Shown: positions 7,057 to 15,408 of the stretch, one piece after another | Layout: each line of letters starts with the position of its first letter | Position numbering within the stretch: position 1 is the stretch's first letter | Assembly: GCA_905199455.1 (NCBI GenBank) | Contig: CAJKGV010000001.1 | Coordinates: 1-46,669 of the forward strand | Direction: 5' to 3' | Origin: Collinsella aerofaciens | Lineage (GTDB): Bacteria > Actinomycetota > Coriobacteriia > Coriobacteriales > Coriobacteriaceae | DNA: 46,669 nt | Program-made: the position numbers and the translations under genes | Notes under the pieces: model-generated | The model's input: only the letters and a program-made list of their open reading frames with translations | Databases searched by the model: none | What the model was told of the DNA's origin: nothing

Positions 7057-9684
7057 ATGAGAATCGATAAGCTAGCAATGACGTCGCGCGAGGCGTTGCA
7101 GACCGCCATGAGCACGGCCGCTGACGCGCAGGCCGGCGCGGTGGAGCCGATTCACCTGCTGTCTGCCCTGCTCGGTGCCGGCGAGCGCAATATCTCCGTG
7201 ATTATCGAGCGCATCGGTGCCGACCCGGCTCAGCTCGCACGCTCCACACAGGACGCCATCGACCGCGCGCCCAAGGTTTCGGGCGAGGGCCAGCAGATGG
7301 GCCTGTCCAACGAGCTCGTTCGCGTCATCGAGAAGGCCGAGAAGAAGGCCACCAAGATGGGCGACAGCTTTGTGGTGACCGAGCATCTGCTGATGGCGCT
7401 TGCCGAGGACAAGGGCGAGGCGGGCCGTGTGCTGCGCGACGCCGGCGTCACCAAGGAGCGCATCGAGCAGGTCTACGAGGAGCTGCGCGGCGATGACCGC
7501 GTGACGTCCGCCGAGGACAAGACCCAGTTTGAGGCGCTGGAACAGTACGGCCGCAATATCTGCGACCTTGCCCGCGCCGGCAAGCTCGACCCGGTCATTG
7601 GCCGTACCGACGAGATCCGTCGCACCATTCAGGTCCTGTCCCGCCGCACCAAGAACAACCCCGTGCTCATCGGCGAGCCGGGTGTCGGCAAGACGGCCAT
7701 CGTCGAGGGCATCGCCCAGCGTATCGTGGCCGGCGACGTGCCGAGTACCCTGCGCGACCGCGACCTTATCGAGCTCGACATGAGCGCGCTGGTCGCCGGC
7801 GCTAAGTACCGCGGCGAGTTCGAGGACCGCTTGAAGGCTGTGCTCAAGGAGGTACAGAAGTCCGAAGGCAAGGTCATCCTGTTCATCGATGAGCTCCACA
7901 CCATCGTGGGCGCTGGTGCCACCGAGGGCTCCATGGACGCCGGCAACATCCTCAAGCCGGCGCTTGCCCGTGGCGACTTGCACGCGATCGGCGCGACCAC
8001 GCTCGACGAGTATCGCAAGTACATCGAGAAGGACGCGGCGCTCGCCCGTCGTTTCCAGACCGTTATGGTGAGCGAGCCTACCGTCGAGGACACCATCTCG
8101 ATCCTGCGTGGCCTCAAGGAGAAGTACGAGATCTTCCACGGTGTGCACATCACCGATAGCGCGCTCGTGGCCGCTGCTGACCTCTCCGATCGCTATATCG
8201 CCGACCGCTTTCTGCCCGACAAGGCCATCGACCTGGTCGATGAGGCCGCAAGCCGCCTGCGCATGGAACTCGACAGCATGCCGGTCGAGATTGACGCCAC
8301 CACGCGTCAGCTCACCCAGCTGCAGATCGAGGAGCAGGCGCTCATGAAGGAGACCGACGACGCCTCCAAGGAGCGTCTGGAGGCCCTGCGCCAAGAGATC
8401 GCCGAGGTCCAAGAAAAGCTCAACGTGCAAAAGGCCGGCTGGCTCAACCAGAAGAACGCCATCGACCACGTGCAGGAGCTTAAGGGACAGCTCGACGAGG
8501 CCAGAAGCGAAGAGGAGCGCGCGACGCGCAACGGCGACCTGGGCCGTGCGTCCGAGCTGCGCTACTCCGTGATTCCGGGTCTGCAGCAGCAGATTCAGGA
8601 TTCCGAGGCTGCGCTCGAGGCACAAAAGCAGAAGGACGGCGAGGGTCTCAACGAGCAGGTGACCTCCGATGAGATCGCCGAGGTCGTGAGTGCCTGGACC
8701 GGCGTGCCCGTGTCCAAGATGATGCAGGGCGAGCTCGACAAGCTGAAGGGCCTGGAGGGTGAGCTGCATAAGCGCGTCATCGGCCAGGACGAGGCCGTCT
8801 CCGCCGTCGCCGCGGCTGTGCGCCGCAGCCGTGCGGGCCTCTCCGATCCGGACAAGCCCATCGGCAGCTTCTTCTTCCTGGGCCCCACCGGCGTGGGCAA
8901 GACCGAGCTCGCCAAGGCACTTGCCGAGTGCCTGTTCGACGACGAGCGCGCGCTCGTGCGTATCGACATGTCCGAGTACATGGAGAAGTTCAGCGTCCAG
9001 CGTCTGATCGGTGCGCCCCCAGGATACGTGGGTTACGACGAGGGCGGCCAGCTCACTGAGGCCGTGCGCCGTCGTCCGTACTCCGTGATCTTGCTCGACG
9101 AGATGGAGAAGGCTCATCCTGATGTCTTCAACGTGCTGCTGCAGGTGCTCGACGACGGCCGTCTGACCGATGGCCAGGGTCGCCAGGTGTCCTTCAAGAA
9201 CACGATTATCATCATGACGTCCAACGTGGGCTCCAAGGCCATCGCCGATCTGTCCGGTAAGGACGAGGAGGAGATGCGCCATCAGGTCGACGCCGCCATG
9301 GCTCAGACCTTCCGCCCCGAGTTCCTCAACCGTATCGACGATATCGTGGTGTTCCATCCGCTCGGCATGGCGCAGATCGAGAAGATTGTCGACATCCAGC
9401 TTGCCGACGTTCGCGCACGCCTGGCCAAGGAGCGCATGACGCTTGCCATCACCCCGGCGGCCAAGCAGATGCTCGCCGTGGGTGGCCTGGACCCCGTGTT
9501 CGGTGCCCGTCCGCTCAAGCGCCTGGTTCAGCGCGAGGTCGTGGATGCCATCGCCGCCGCTATCATCGACGGCACGGTGCGCGAGGGCGATCAGGTGACG
9601 GTCGATGCCGGCAAGGACGGCGGCTTTACCGTCGTGTGCGACAACACGCCGGCGGCCACCTACGAGGTTCCCGACGCCGAGTAG
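7057..9684 (+). CDS. clpB: ATP-dependent chaperone ClpB
   Basis: Two AAA+ modules ([15 protein letters not shown] and [17 protein letters not shown]), [24 protein letters not shown] and a long coiled-coil middle domain. Confidence 0.97.
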   Translation: MRIDKLAMTSREALQTAMSTAADAQAGAVEPIHLLSALLGAGERNISVIIERIGADPAQLARSTQDAIDRAPKVSGEGQQMGLSNELVRVIEKAEKKATKMGDSFVVTEHLLMALAEDKGEAGRVLRDAGVTKERIEQVYEELRGDDRVTSAEDKTQFEALEQYGRNICDLARAGKLDPVIGRTDEIRRTIQVLSRRTKNNPVLIGEPGVGKTAIVEGIAQRIVAGDVPSTLRDRDLIELDMSALVAGAKYRGEFEDRLKAVLKEVQKSEGKVILFIDELHTIVGAGATEGSMDAGNILKPALARGDLHAIGATTLDEYRKYIEKDAALARRFQTVMVSEPTVEDTISILRGLKEKYEIFHGVHITDSALVAAADLSDRYIADRFLPDKAIDLVDEAASRLRMELDSMPVEIDATTRQLTQLQIEEQALMKETDDASKERLEALRQEIAEVQEKLNVQKAGWLNQKNAIDHVQELKGQLDEARSEEERATRNGDLGRASELRYSVIPGLQQQIQDSEAALEAQKQKDGEGLNEQVTSDEIAEVVSAWTGVPVSKMMQGELDKLKGLEGELHKRVIGQDEAVSAVAAAVRRSRAGLSDPDKPIGSFFFLGPTGVGKTELAKALAECLFDDERALVRIDMSEYMEKFSVQRLIGAPPGYVGYDEGGQLTEAVRRRPYSVILLDEMEKAHPDVFNVLLQVLDDGRLTDGQGRQVSFKNTIIIMTSNVGSKAIADLSGKDEEEMRHQVDAAMAQTFRPEFLNRIDDIVVFHPLGMAQIEKIVDIQLADVRARLAKERMTLAITPAAKQMLAVGGLDPVFGARPLKRLVQREVVDAIAAAIIDGTVREGDQVTVDAGKDGGFTVVCDNTPAATYEVPDAE

Positions 9685-9710
9685 ATTTTGGGACATGCCT
9701 TAAAATCTAC
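9681..9710. repeat. GGGAC-loop REP-like hairpin overlapping the clpB stop
   Basis: GTAGATTTT-GGGACATGCCTT-AAAATCTAC. Confidence 0.65.
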
Positions 9711-9728
9711 CAGCCGTCTCTAAACGCC

Positions 9729-9765
9729 AAGGGCGGCGGATCCAATTGGGTCCGCCGCCCTTTTT
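9729..9765 (+). terminator. Intrinsic terminator of clpB
   Basis: GGGCGGCGGATCC-AATT-GGGTCCGCCGCCC followed by TTTTT. Confidence 0.9.
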
Positions 9766-9815
9766 CGTGCGACAATCGATGATGTTGAACGGATGCGATG
9801 CGAGGAGCTATGCAG

Positions 9816-9989
9816 ATGAAAGACGAGATCAAGACAAGCGCGCCGGCGCTCAAGCCCACGTCCAAACCGGCGCCCAAGCCGCGCGACCCCTATATCCGTG
9901 CCGAGAACGAGGACGATGACGGTTACGATCCCTACAGCGACCGACGCCTCGAGCGCGAGCCAATGTTCGAAGCCGACCCGTGGCGCTGA
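9816..9989 (+). CDS. Small hypothetical protein (57 aa)
   Basis: GAGGAG RBS at 9802-9807. Genome-typical codons. Motif DPYIRAENEDDDGYDPYSDR...DPW. Confidence 0.7.
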   Translation: MKDEIKTSAPALKPTSKPAPKPRDPYIRAENEDDDGYDPYSDRRLEREPMFEADPWR

Positions 9990-10014
9990 GTGCCACCCAA
10001 AAGGCCACCAATTA

Positions 10015-10082
10015 AGTTGCGGTGAAATAGGGACTGTTTTTGCAGTTTGACCAGCAAAAACAGTCCCTATTTCACCGCAACT
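10015..10082. repeat. Perfect 29-bp inverted repeat with 10-nt spacer
   Basis: AGTTGCGGTGAAATAGGGACTGTTTTTGC-AGTTTGACCA-GCAAAAACAGTCCCTATTTCACCGCAACT. Confidence 0.92.
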
Positions 10083-10108
10083 GCGTTAGGGATTTTTCTA
10101 CAGGGGGA

Positions 10109-10145
10109 GGGTAGTCAAAAAAGCCCCGTCCCAAATTGACTGCTC
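10109..10145. repeat. GGGAC-loop REP-like hairpin (minus orientation)
   Basis: The minus strand reads GAGCAGTCAA-TTTGGGACGGGGCTTTT-TTGACTACCC. Confidence 0.65.
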
Positions 10146-10213
10146 GGGGAGTCGCATTCGAGCTCGTGTCCTCTTGGCCACTCGATATCCTTCGGAGCAA
10201 TAACAGTGAAAAA

Positions 10214-10304
10214 ACTTGCTTAAGTGTTAATCAAGCTACACACAATCTTGCTCTCTAATTAATCAAGAATCAGTATAATTTTGATTAGCTAGAGAGCAAG
10301 ATTG
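10214..10304 (+). promoter_or_regulatory. Promoter (TATAAT 10274-10279) embedded in operator-like repeats
   Basis: CAATCTTGCTCTCTA-AT-TAATCAA (from 10243) is inverted with TTGATTA-GC-TAGAGAGCAAGATTG (ends 10304). A third partial copy, CTTGCT...TTAATCAAG, lies at 10215-10235. Confidence 0.7.
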
Positions 10305-10311
10305 GAGAATC

Positions 10312-11664
10312 ATGGCATTCAACGACTTGATCGCCCAGAAAATAAAGGACTTTGAACAGCAGGGGGTTCCGCAGGTCTTTGAGCGAGACCTTGATCTGGG
10401 AAACCCACAGGAGCCAAAGCGCGACAACATCGTAAATGTGGTTGTGGGGGCCCGCCGTTGTGGAAAGACGTATCGCCTGTATCAGGAGATGCAGCGGCTT
10501 CAGGGCCGGGGCGTCGAGCTTGACCGGATGCTTTACTTTAATTTTGAGGACGAGCGTTTGCGCCCGTATGAGTCATCGCTGCTGGCGGACGTGCTCGACA
10601 CGTTCTATGCGCTGTATCCTGCTGCTCGAACCGAGGGCGCTTACATTTTCTTTGACGAGATCCAGGAAATTCCCGAATGGGGTGCGTTTCTGCGGCGTGT
10701 AGTCGATACGGAGAAAGCGACCGTCTATGTGACGGGATCTTCTTCTAAGATGCTGTCCTCAGAGCTTAAGAGCGAGTTCAGGGGTCGTTCTCTTATACGG
10801 GAGCTTTTTCCGTTGAGTTTTTCGGAATACGTTCGATATAAGACGGGGAGCGTTTTCGAGCCAGATGCGACCTTTTCCCCAAGCGATGCAGCGCTGCTTC
10901 GACATCATCTGATCGGATATCTTGAACGAGGGGGATTCATCGCGACGCTTGAGCAGACGCCCGCAGACGCGATTCAGCTGCTACAGGAATATGCTTCGCG
11001 AACGGTCGCTATGGACGTCGTTGAGCGTTACGACGTCAAGAACCCTCGCCTGGCATCGCTGTTCCTAACGCGGTGTATGGCATCTTCGGGACGAGAGCTG
11101 TCGGTGAACAAAGTGTACAACGAGTTCAAGAGCAGGCAGATACCCGTCAGTCGTAATTCGCTCAGCGACTTACTTGAGTATTATGAGGATGCCTACCTGC
11201 TGTTCTCCGTGCCGGAGTTCACGCGTTCACTGGCAAATAACATGCGGTCTGCGTCTAAGGTCTACGCTGTCGATCCTGCGATGTTTGGAGCATTCTCTCC
11301 CGCATCGGCATTGGACCAGGGTCAGAGGCTCGAGACCGCAGTGTTCAACGCGCTAAGAAGAAGGACTCCCGCGGTGAGGGTCGGATCGGTCTGCCGCCTG
11401 CTGATCAAAGAGAAGAGCAAAAGCCATGAGGTGGACTTTGTGGCTGGGGACGCACTTCTCATGCGGGCTTATAGCCTGATTCAGGTGAGTGTGGATATGG
11501 CAAGTGAGAAAACGCGCGAGCGCGAAATTGCCGCGCTTGATGCCTCGATGGCCCAGTTCGATCTTGGCGAGTCGGCAATCGTTACCATGGATGAGCAGGC
11601 CGATATTCCATGCGAGCACGGTGCGGTACACGTTGTGCCCGCATGGAAGTGGCTCCTTGCCTAA
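10312..11664 (+). CDS. AAA_14 ATPase with C-terminal DUF4143 domain
   Basis: Walker A GARRCGKT, YFNFEDERL, Walker B FFDEIQ, VYVTGSSSK, LFPLSFSEY, KVYAVDP and EVDFV...LIQV. Confidence 0.92.
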   Translation: MAFNDLIAQKIKDFEQQGVPQVFERDLDLGNPQEPKRDNIVNVVVGARRCGKTYRLYQEMQRLQGRGVELDRMLYFNFEDERLRPYESSLLADVLDTFYALYPAARTEGAYIFFDEIQEIPEWGAFLRRVVDTEKATVYVTGSSSKMLSSELKSEFRGRSLIRELFPLSFSEYVRYKTGSVFEPDATFSPSDAALLRHHLIGYLERGGFIATLEQTPADAIQLLQEYASRTVAMDVVERYDVKNPRLASLFLTRCMASSGRELSVNKVYNEFKSRQIPVSRNSLSDLLEYYEDAYLLFSVPEFTRSLANNMRSASKVYAVDPAMFGAFSPASALDQGQRLETAVFNALRRRTPAVRVGSVCRLLIKEKSKSHEVDFVAGDALLMRAYSLIQVSVDMASEKTREREIAALDASMAQFDLGESAIVTMDEQADIPCEHGAVHVVPAWKWLLA

Positions 11665-11680
11665 TCATCTACGGATCTGT

Positions 11681-11704
11681 GGGGCCAGGACCTCCTGGCC
11701 CCTT
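11681..11704. terminator. Hairpin between convergent genes
   Basis: GGGGCCAGGA-CC-TCCTGGCCCC; weak U tract. Confidence 0.5.
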
Positions 11705-11737
11705 CATTACGGTTGGGGAGCATCGTGATGCGCCCGG

Positions 11738-13255
11738 CTAGTCCTGGGCCTTGATGCTCGGCATCAGAATCTGGGCGAGGTAGTCGGTCTCGAGTTTGGT
11801 CGCGGAGTCTGCGTTGCCGTCTTTGCCGACCAGCACGTTCTTGATCTGGCTATAGGTATAGCGGTTGCCGGTCGTTAGCTCGACAAGCTCAACTGCAGTG
11901 TCCATGGGGTAGGTCGACACGGGGTCTTGCGTGCGTCCGTTGATGGTCTGGGGCACCACATACGGATAAACGGGGCCGCTGGCGTAGACGGTGTAGCCGT
12001 TGCCGAGGTTTGCCGCACCCAAAACTGCGTCGCCCTCATCGGGCGTAAAGCTCTCGCCGTCGCGCACCGTGACAAGCGTCACAAGCGGCGTGTTCGTGTC
12101 GCCGGCAAGATAGATGCACAGCGTGCTGCCATTTTGCCAGGTAGCAACCTTACCGTACCACTCGACGGGGATATCGAGCTGATACAGATCCGTCGCCTTA
12201 TGCCGAGCATCGGCATCGCGCGCGGCTTGCGCTTCGCTCGCGCTCACGGCGTTGGCGGCGGCATCACGGCGAGCGGTTGCCGCCTGCTGAAGTATCTTGG
12301 CGGCCGCGGCAGAGCTACAACCGCCCTCCTCGGCATATTTGGCCGCGGCATCGATCTGGTCGTCGGTTACCGTGTCTGCCGAAGGCACCTTAAGCTTAAA
12401 GGATGCCTGAGCGCTCAGGTCCTGCCCGTCGCTCTTTACGCTGACCTGCGCCTTGGTGGTCGGGACGGTGTAAATGGTACCGTCGGCTGCGATGGGGGAC
12501 CCAGCGATGGAGAGCGTATAGTCACCGGGTAGCAGCTTGATGCCGCGACCGTGCTCGTCAACGTAGAGCGTTTCGCTCACAGAAGAGCCGTCGGAGTCCT
12601 GGCCGCTCACCTGCACGGGGATCTTTGAGCCGGTGGAGCAATCGAGCCCCGCGGCATGTACGCCAATTTGCACTGACATCATGGTATGGGCGTTTGCGGC
12701 AACTACGGCGGCCTGCTCTTGCCGGTATCCGTTCCAAGCCGCATAGCCCGCGCCGCCGGCGACGAGCGCGACGGCTACGGCGCCGGCGACCATCAGGTTG
12801 CGTCGCTTGGGCGACATCTTGCGGTGACGGACCTCGGCCTCATGTGCCGAGGGAACGGACGGCAGGGGAATATCGCCCATGGCGATGGTCTCGTCCACGG
12901 CAGGCGCTGAGCCCAGGCCGGGAAGCTCGCGGGTGAGCGAGTCGTCGGCAGGCAAGCTACCAAGTAGGACGGTCTCTTCTCCCGAGTCGGATTCCGGCTG
13001 GTCGTCGCCCTTGCTATCGTCCTCTTCGGCTTCGGCTTCGGCTTCGGCTTCGGCTTCGGCCTCGGCCTCGTCGGGAGCGTCTTTGGCGTCGCTGTCTTCG
13101 TCCTCGGTGCCTTCGTGTGCCTCGTCTTGCGCGTCGACGGCCGAATCGCTCAACGAGAGCTCGTCTAGCGCAATCCGGTCAAGGCTCTCCAGAGCCTCGG
13201 CACATGCTTCTGCATCCTGGGCCGCATCCTCGCGGCCACGCGTATCATCGCTCAT
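11738..13255 (-). CDS. Hypothetical single-pass membrane protein with acidic disordered cytoplasmic N-terminus
   Basis: GGGGGA RBS before ATG 13255. D/E-rich N-terminus, then RHRKMSPKRR, a hydrophobic helix and an extracellular domain. Confidence 0.85.
   Translation of the reverse strand: MSDDTRGREDAAQDAEACAEALESLDRIALDELSLSDSAVDAQDEAHEGTEDEDSDAKDAPDEAEAEAEAEAEAEAEEDDSKGDDQPESDSGEETVLLGSLPADDSLTRELPGLGSAPAVDETIAMGDIPLPSVPSAHEAEVRHRKMSPKRRNLMVAGAVAVALVAGGAGYAAWNGYRQEQAAVVAANAHTMMSVQIGVHAAGLDCSTGSKIPVQVSGQDSDGSSVSETLYVDEHGRGIKLLPGDYTLSIAGSPIAADGTIYTVPTTKAQVSVKSDGQDLSAQASFKLKVPSADTVTDDQIDAAAKYAEEGGCSSAAAAKILQQAATARRDAAANAVSASEAQAARDADARHKATDLYQLDIPVEWYGKVATWQNGSTLCIYLAGDTNTPLVTLVTVRDGESFTPDEGDAVLGAANLGNGYTVYASGPVYPYVVPQTINGRTQDPVSTYPMDTAVELVELTTGNRYTYSQIKNVLVGKDGNADSATKLETDYLAQILMPSIKAQD
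13025..13070. repeat. In-frame hexamer tandem repeat encoding (EA)n
   Basis: TTCGGC x6 followed by CTCGGC CTCG. Confidence 0.9.
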
Positions 13256-13376
13256 ATATCCCCCAATGCAATATCGGCTCAACACTGTACCCAAAAATGG
13301 AGCCATATAAAGCGCATGCGAAATATAAGATCCGATTTAACCTGGGCGCACCGTTCGGCCGCATCCTCGCGGCAGC

Positions 13377-13418
13377 AAAAAGCCCCCGGAACGCGAACGA
13401 ATCACATTCCGGGGGTTC
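13377..13418 (-). terminator. Intrinsic terminator of the TetR-DUF5692 transcript
   Basis: AAAAA-GCCCCCGGAA...TTCCGGGGGT on the plus strand; gives a hairpin plus U tract on the minus strand. Confidence 0.7.
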
Positions 13419-13487
13419 TGCAATGCGTTGAGTTGCGCGGAGCCGGCTATGCTGCTTCGTGCTCAAGCGATGTTTGCGTCAGGTGCG

Positions 13488-14495
13488 TTACTCGGCGTGT
13501 GCGTAATCAACCTTGGCGCGGCGAGCGGTGGCCTTCTCCCAATCGCTGGTGCCCTCAAAGACATCCTGCTTGTAGGGATTGCGGCCGAGCTTCTTGGCGC
13601 GGTAGGCGATGTAGATGATCGCGGCGACGTTGGCGATCAGTGCGGCGATCGAGACCGCGGTAGCGGCGCCGGGGTCGAGCGTGGAGTGGGTCACAAAGAT
13701 GGACTCCTCCTGGAAGAACGGGAACACCTGGGCAAACATGCACCAAATGGCCAGCGTAAAGGCGCGGTTCTGAATCCAGCCGCCCTTGTTCCAGATAAAG
13801 GCGGCGACGGTGGGCGCCAGCAGCAGCGCAAAGCCGCAGAACCAGGAGTGGGTGGGCAGGCAGTTGTAGGTGTAGCAGAAGTTCCAGATATCGTAGGCGA
13901 TGATGTAGACCCAGGTCATATCGGGCCACAGCATGTCGGTCTGATCCTCGGAGGCGTAGACGCTCCACCAACCGGTCATGCAGAAGATGTTGATGATACC
14001 GGCGATGCCGTTGAACACGTTGTTCCAGCCGGCCAGCTGCGTGGCACCTTCGGAGGTGACCCAGGTGGACTGGCCCAGGACAAAGAAGTGATAGGCGCTC
14101 TCAAAGTCGGACACGACAGCGATCATGATGTTGATGGCGACGATCACAAACGGCCATGCGCGGAACCAATGCGCCTTGCCGATCTTGCCCCACTGGTACT
14201 TAATGGCAATGAAGCCCCAGCAACCGGCCAGCGCCGCGTATACCTTGGCGTAGTGGAACCAGCTGTTCTGGTACACATGGGTGGGGTTGGTGAGCGCCCA
14301 CTCGGCGCCTTGTGAGACGCCCACGGCGATGGCGACGCAGTAGATGGTCATGGCCAGCGGAGCCACGCCAAAGATGATGGCCGCGCCCAGCTTGGTGCGG
14401 CGGCCGACCTCGTTGAGCACGATCAGGCCAATAAAGACCATGGCCCAGCCGGCCCAGTGGATAAGGGTATCGCTACCCCAAACATCGAACAGCAT
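13488..14495 (-). CDS. DUF5692-family polytopic membrane protein
   Basis: Multiple hydrophobic helices. Motifs WFHYAKVYAA, INIMIAVVSD, DMLWPDMTWVYIIAYDIWNFCYTYNC and WIQNRAFTL. Family recognised from memory, not searched. Confidence 0.8.
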   Translation of the reverse strand: MLFDVWGSDTLIHWAGWAMVFIGLIVLNEVGRRTKLGAAIIFGVAPLAMTIYCVAIAVGVSQGAEWALTNPTHVYQNSWFHYAKVYAALAGCWGFIAIKYQWGKIGKAHWFRAWPFVIVAINIMIAVVSDFESAYHFFVLGQSTWVTSEGATQLAGWNNVFNGIAGIINIFCMTGWWSVYASEDQTDMLWPDMTWVYIIAYDIWNFCYTYNCLPTHSWFCGFALLLAPTVAAFIWNKGGWIQNRAFTLAIWCMFAQVFPFFQEESIFVTHSTLDPGAATAVSIAALIANVAAIIYIAYRAKKLGRNPYKQDVFEGTSDWEKATARRAKVDYAHAE

Positions 14496-14558
14496 GCTGC
14501 TCTCCTTTCACACGCCCGCGGCCCCTCTTCTGATCGCGGGCAGTTTGGCCAAATGTCG

Positions 14559-15221
14559 TCAGTCCTGGGGCTTGCGCTCCGGATACTTGGCGGTATAGCC
14601 CTCGATGTGGAGTGTCGAGGCGATGATTTCCTTGACTGTCTCGTCGGGCACATCGGGGTGCGTGCGGATATACATCAACAACCCCATGATGAGGGTGTAG
14701 AACGTCTCGTAGACATGGTCGATGCGTAGCTCATGATGGGCGACAAAATCCACCACGGTGGTGTCGCAGATATATTGCGCCACACGCTGGACCACGTTGT
14801 GCAAAAAGCCGCCGTAGAGCGCGCCGCTGCTTGAGGTGAGCGTACTCGGCAGCTCGTGGCCGCTGGCGACCAGGCGCTTAAAGAGCGGGGCGACGGTGTC
14901 GAGCGCGCCCTCGATATCACCGACGGTGCGGTCGGCGTTCCACTGCTCGAGTTCGGAGATAAAGCCGTCGATCGCCTCGTCCATAACAGCGGTGACGGCG
15001 GCGTCCATATCGGCAAAGTAGTGGTAGAACAGCGAGCGCGTGCAGCCGGCTCGCTTGGTCACGGCCGATACCGATAGGTGGGATACGCCCAGCTCGGAGC
15101 TTACGGTGCGCACGGCATCGAGGATCTCGCGACGGCGTTCGTCGCCCGTCAGGCGCTTTGCCGCGCTATCGGATGCGGGGACGGCATTGACTACAGAGGT
15201 ACCTGCTGTGTTGTTGCCCAT
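14559..15221 (-). CDS. TetR/AcrR-family transcriptional regulator
   Basis: N-terminal HTH RRREILDA...LSVSAVTKRAGCTRSLFYHYF. Confidence 0.93.
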   Translation of the reverse strand: MGNNTAGTSVVNAVPASDSAAKRLTGDERRREILDAVRTVSSELGVSHLSVSAVTKRAGCTRSLFYHYFADMDAAVTAVMDEAIDGFISELEQWNADRTVGDIEGALDTVAPLFKRLVASGHELPSTLTSSSGALYGGFLHNVVQRVAQYICDTTVVDFVAHHELRIDHVYETFYTLIMGLLMYIRTHPDVPDETVKEIIASTLHIEGYTAKYPERKPQD

Positions 15222-15279
15222 GTTTTGCCGCCTTTCATCCTCTTTTGCCTGACCGTTCGCCTAACAGTCTTGAATATTG

Positions 15280-15317
15280 TTGACGGTTCGTCAATACTAT
15301 TTTTGACACAATGTCAA
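15280..15317. promoter_or_regulatory. Tandem palindromic operators TTGAC-N5-GTCAA, probably bound by the adjacent TetR
   Basis: TTGACGGTTCGTCAA (15280-15294) and TTGACACAATGTCAA (15303-15317) lie in the divergent promoter region. Confidence 0.72.
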
Positions 15318-15408
15318 CAATGGCGGGTGAACGGCATGGGGCATGCCCGGCCTGCAAAAAAGAGGGGCGCTGCGGCCTCGTCGGGCTGCGGCAAGAGAAG
15401 GGACAAAC

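Noticed and set aside
7072..9696. Long antisense ORFs (also 1068..3149, 15235..16593, 19064..21001, 22914..24899, 42667..46353)
   Set aside because: They mirror well-supported genes on the other strand, as expected from strong GC3 codon bias, and show no recognisable motifs.
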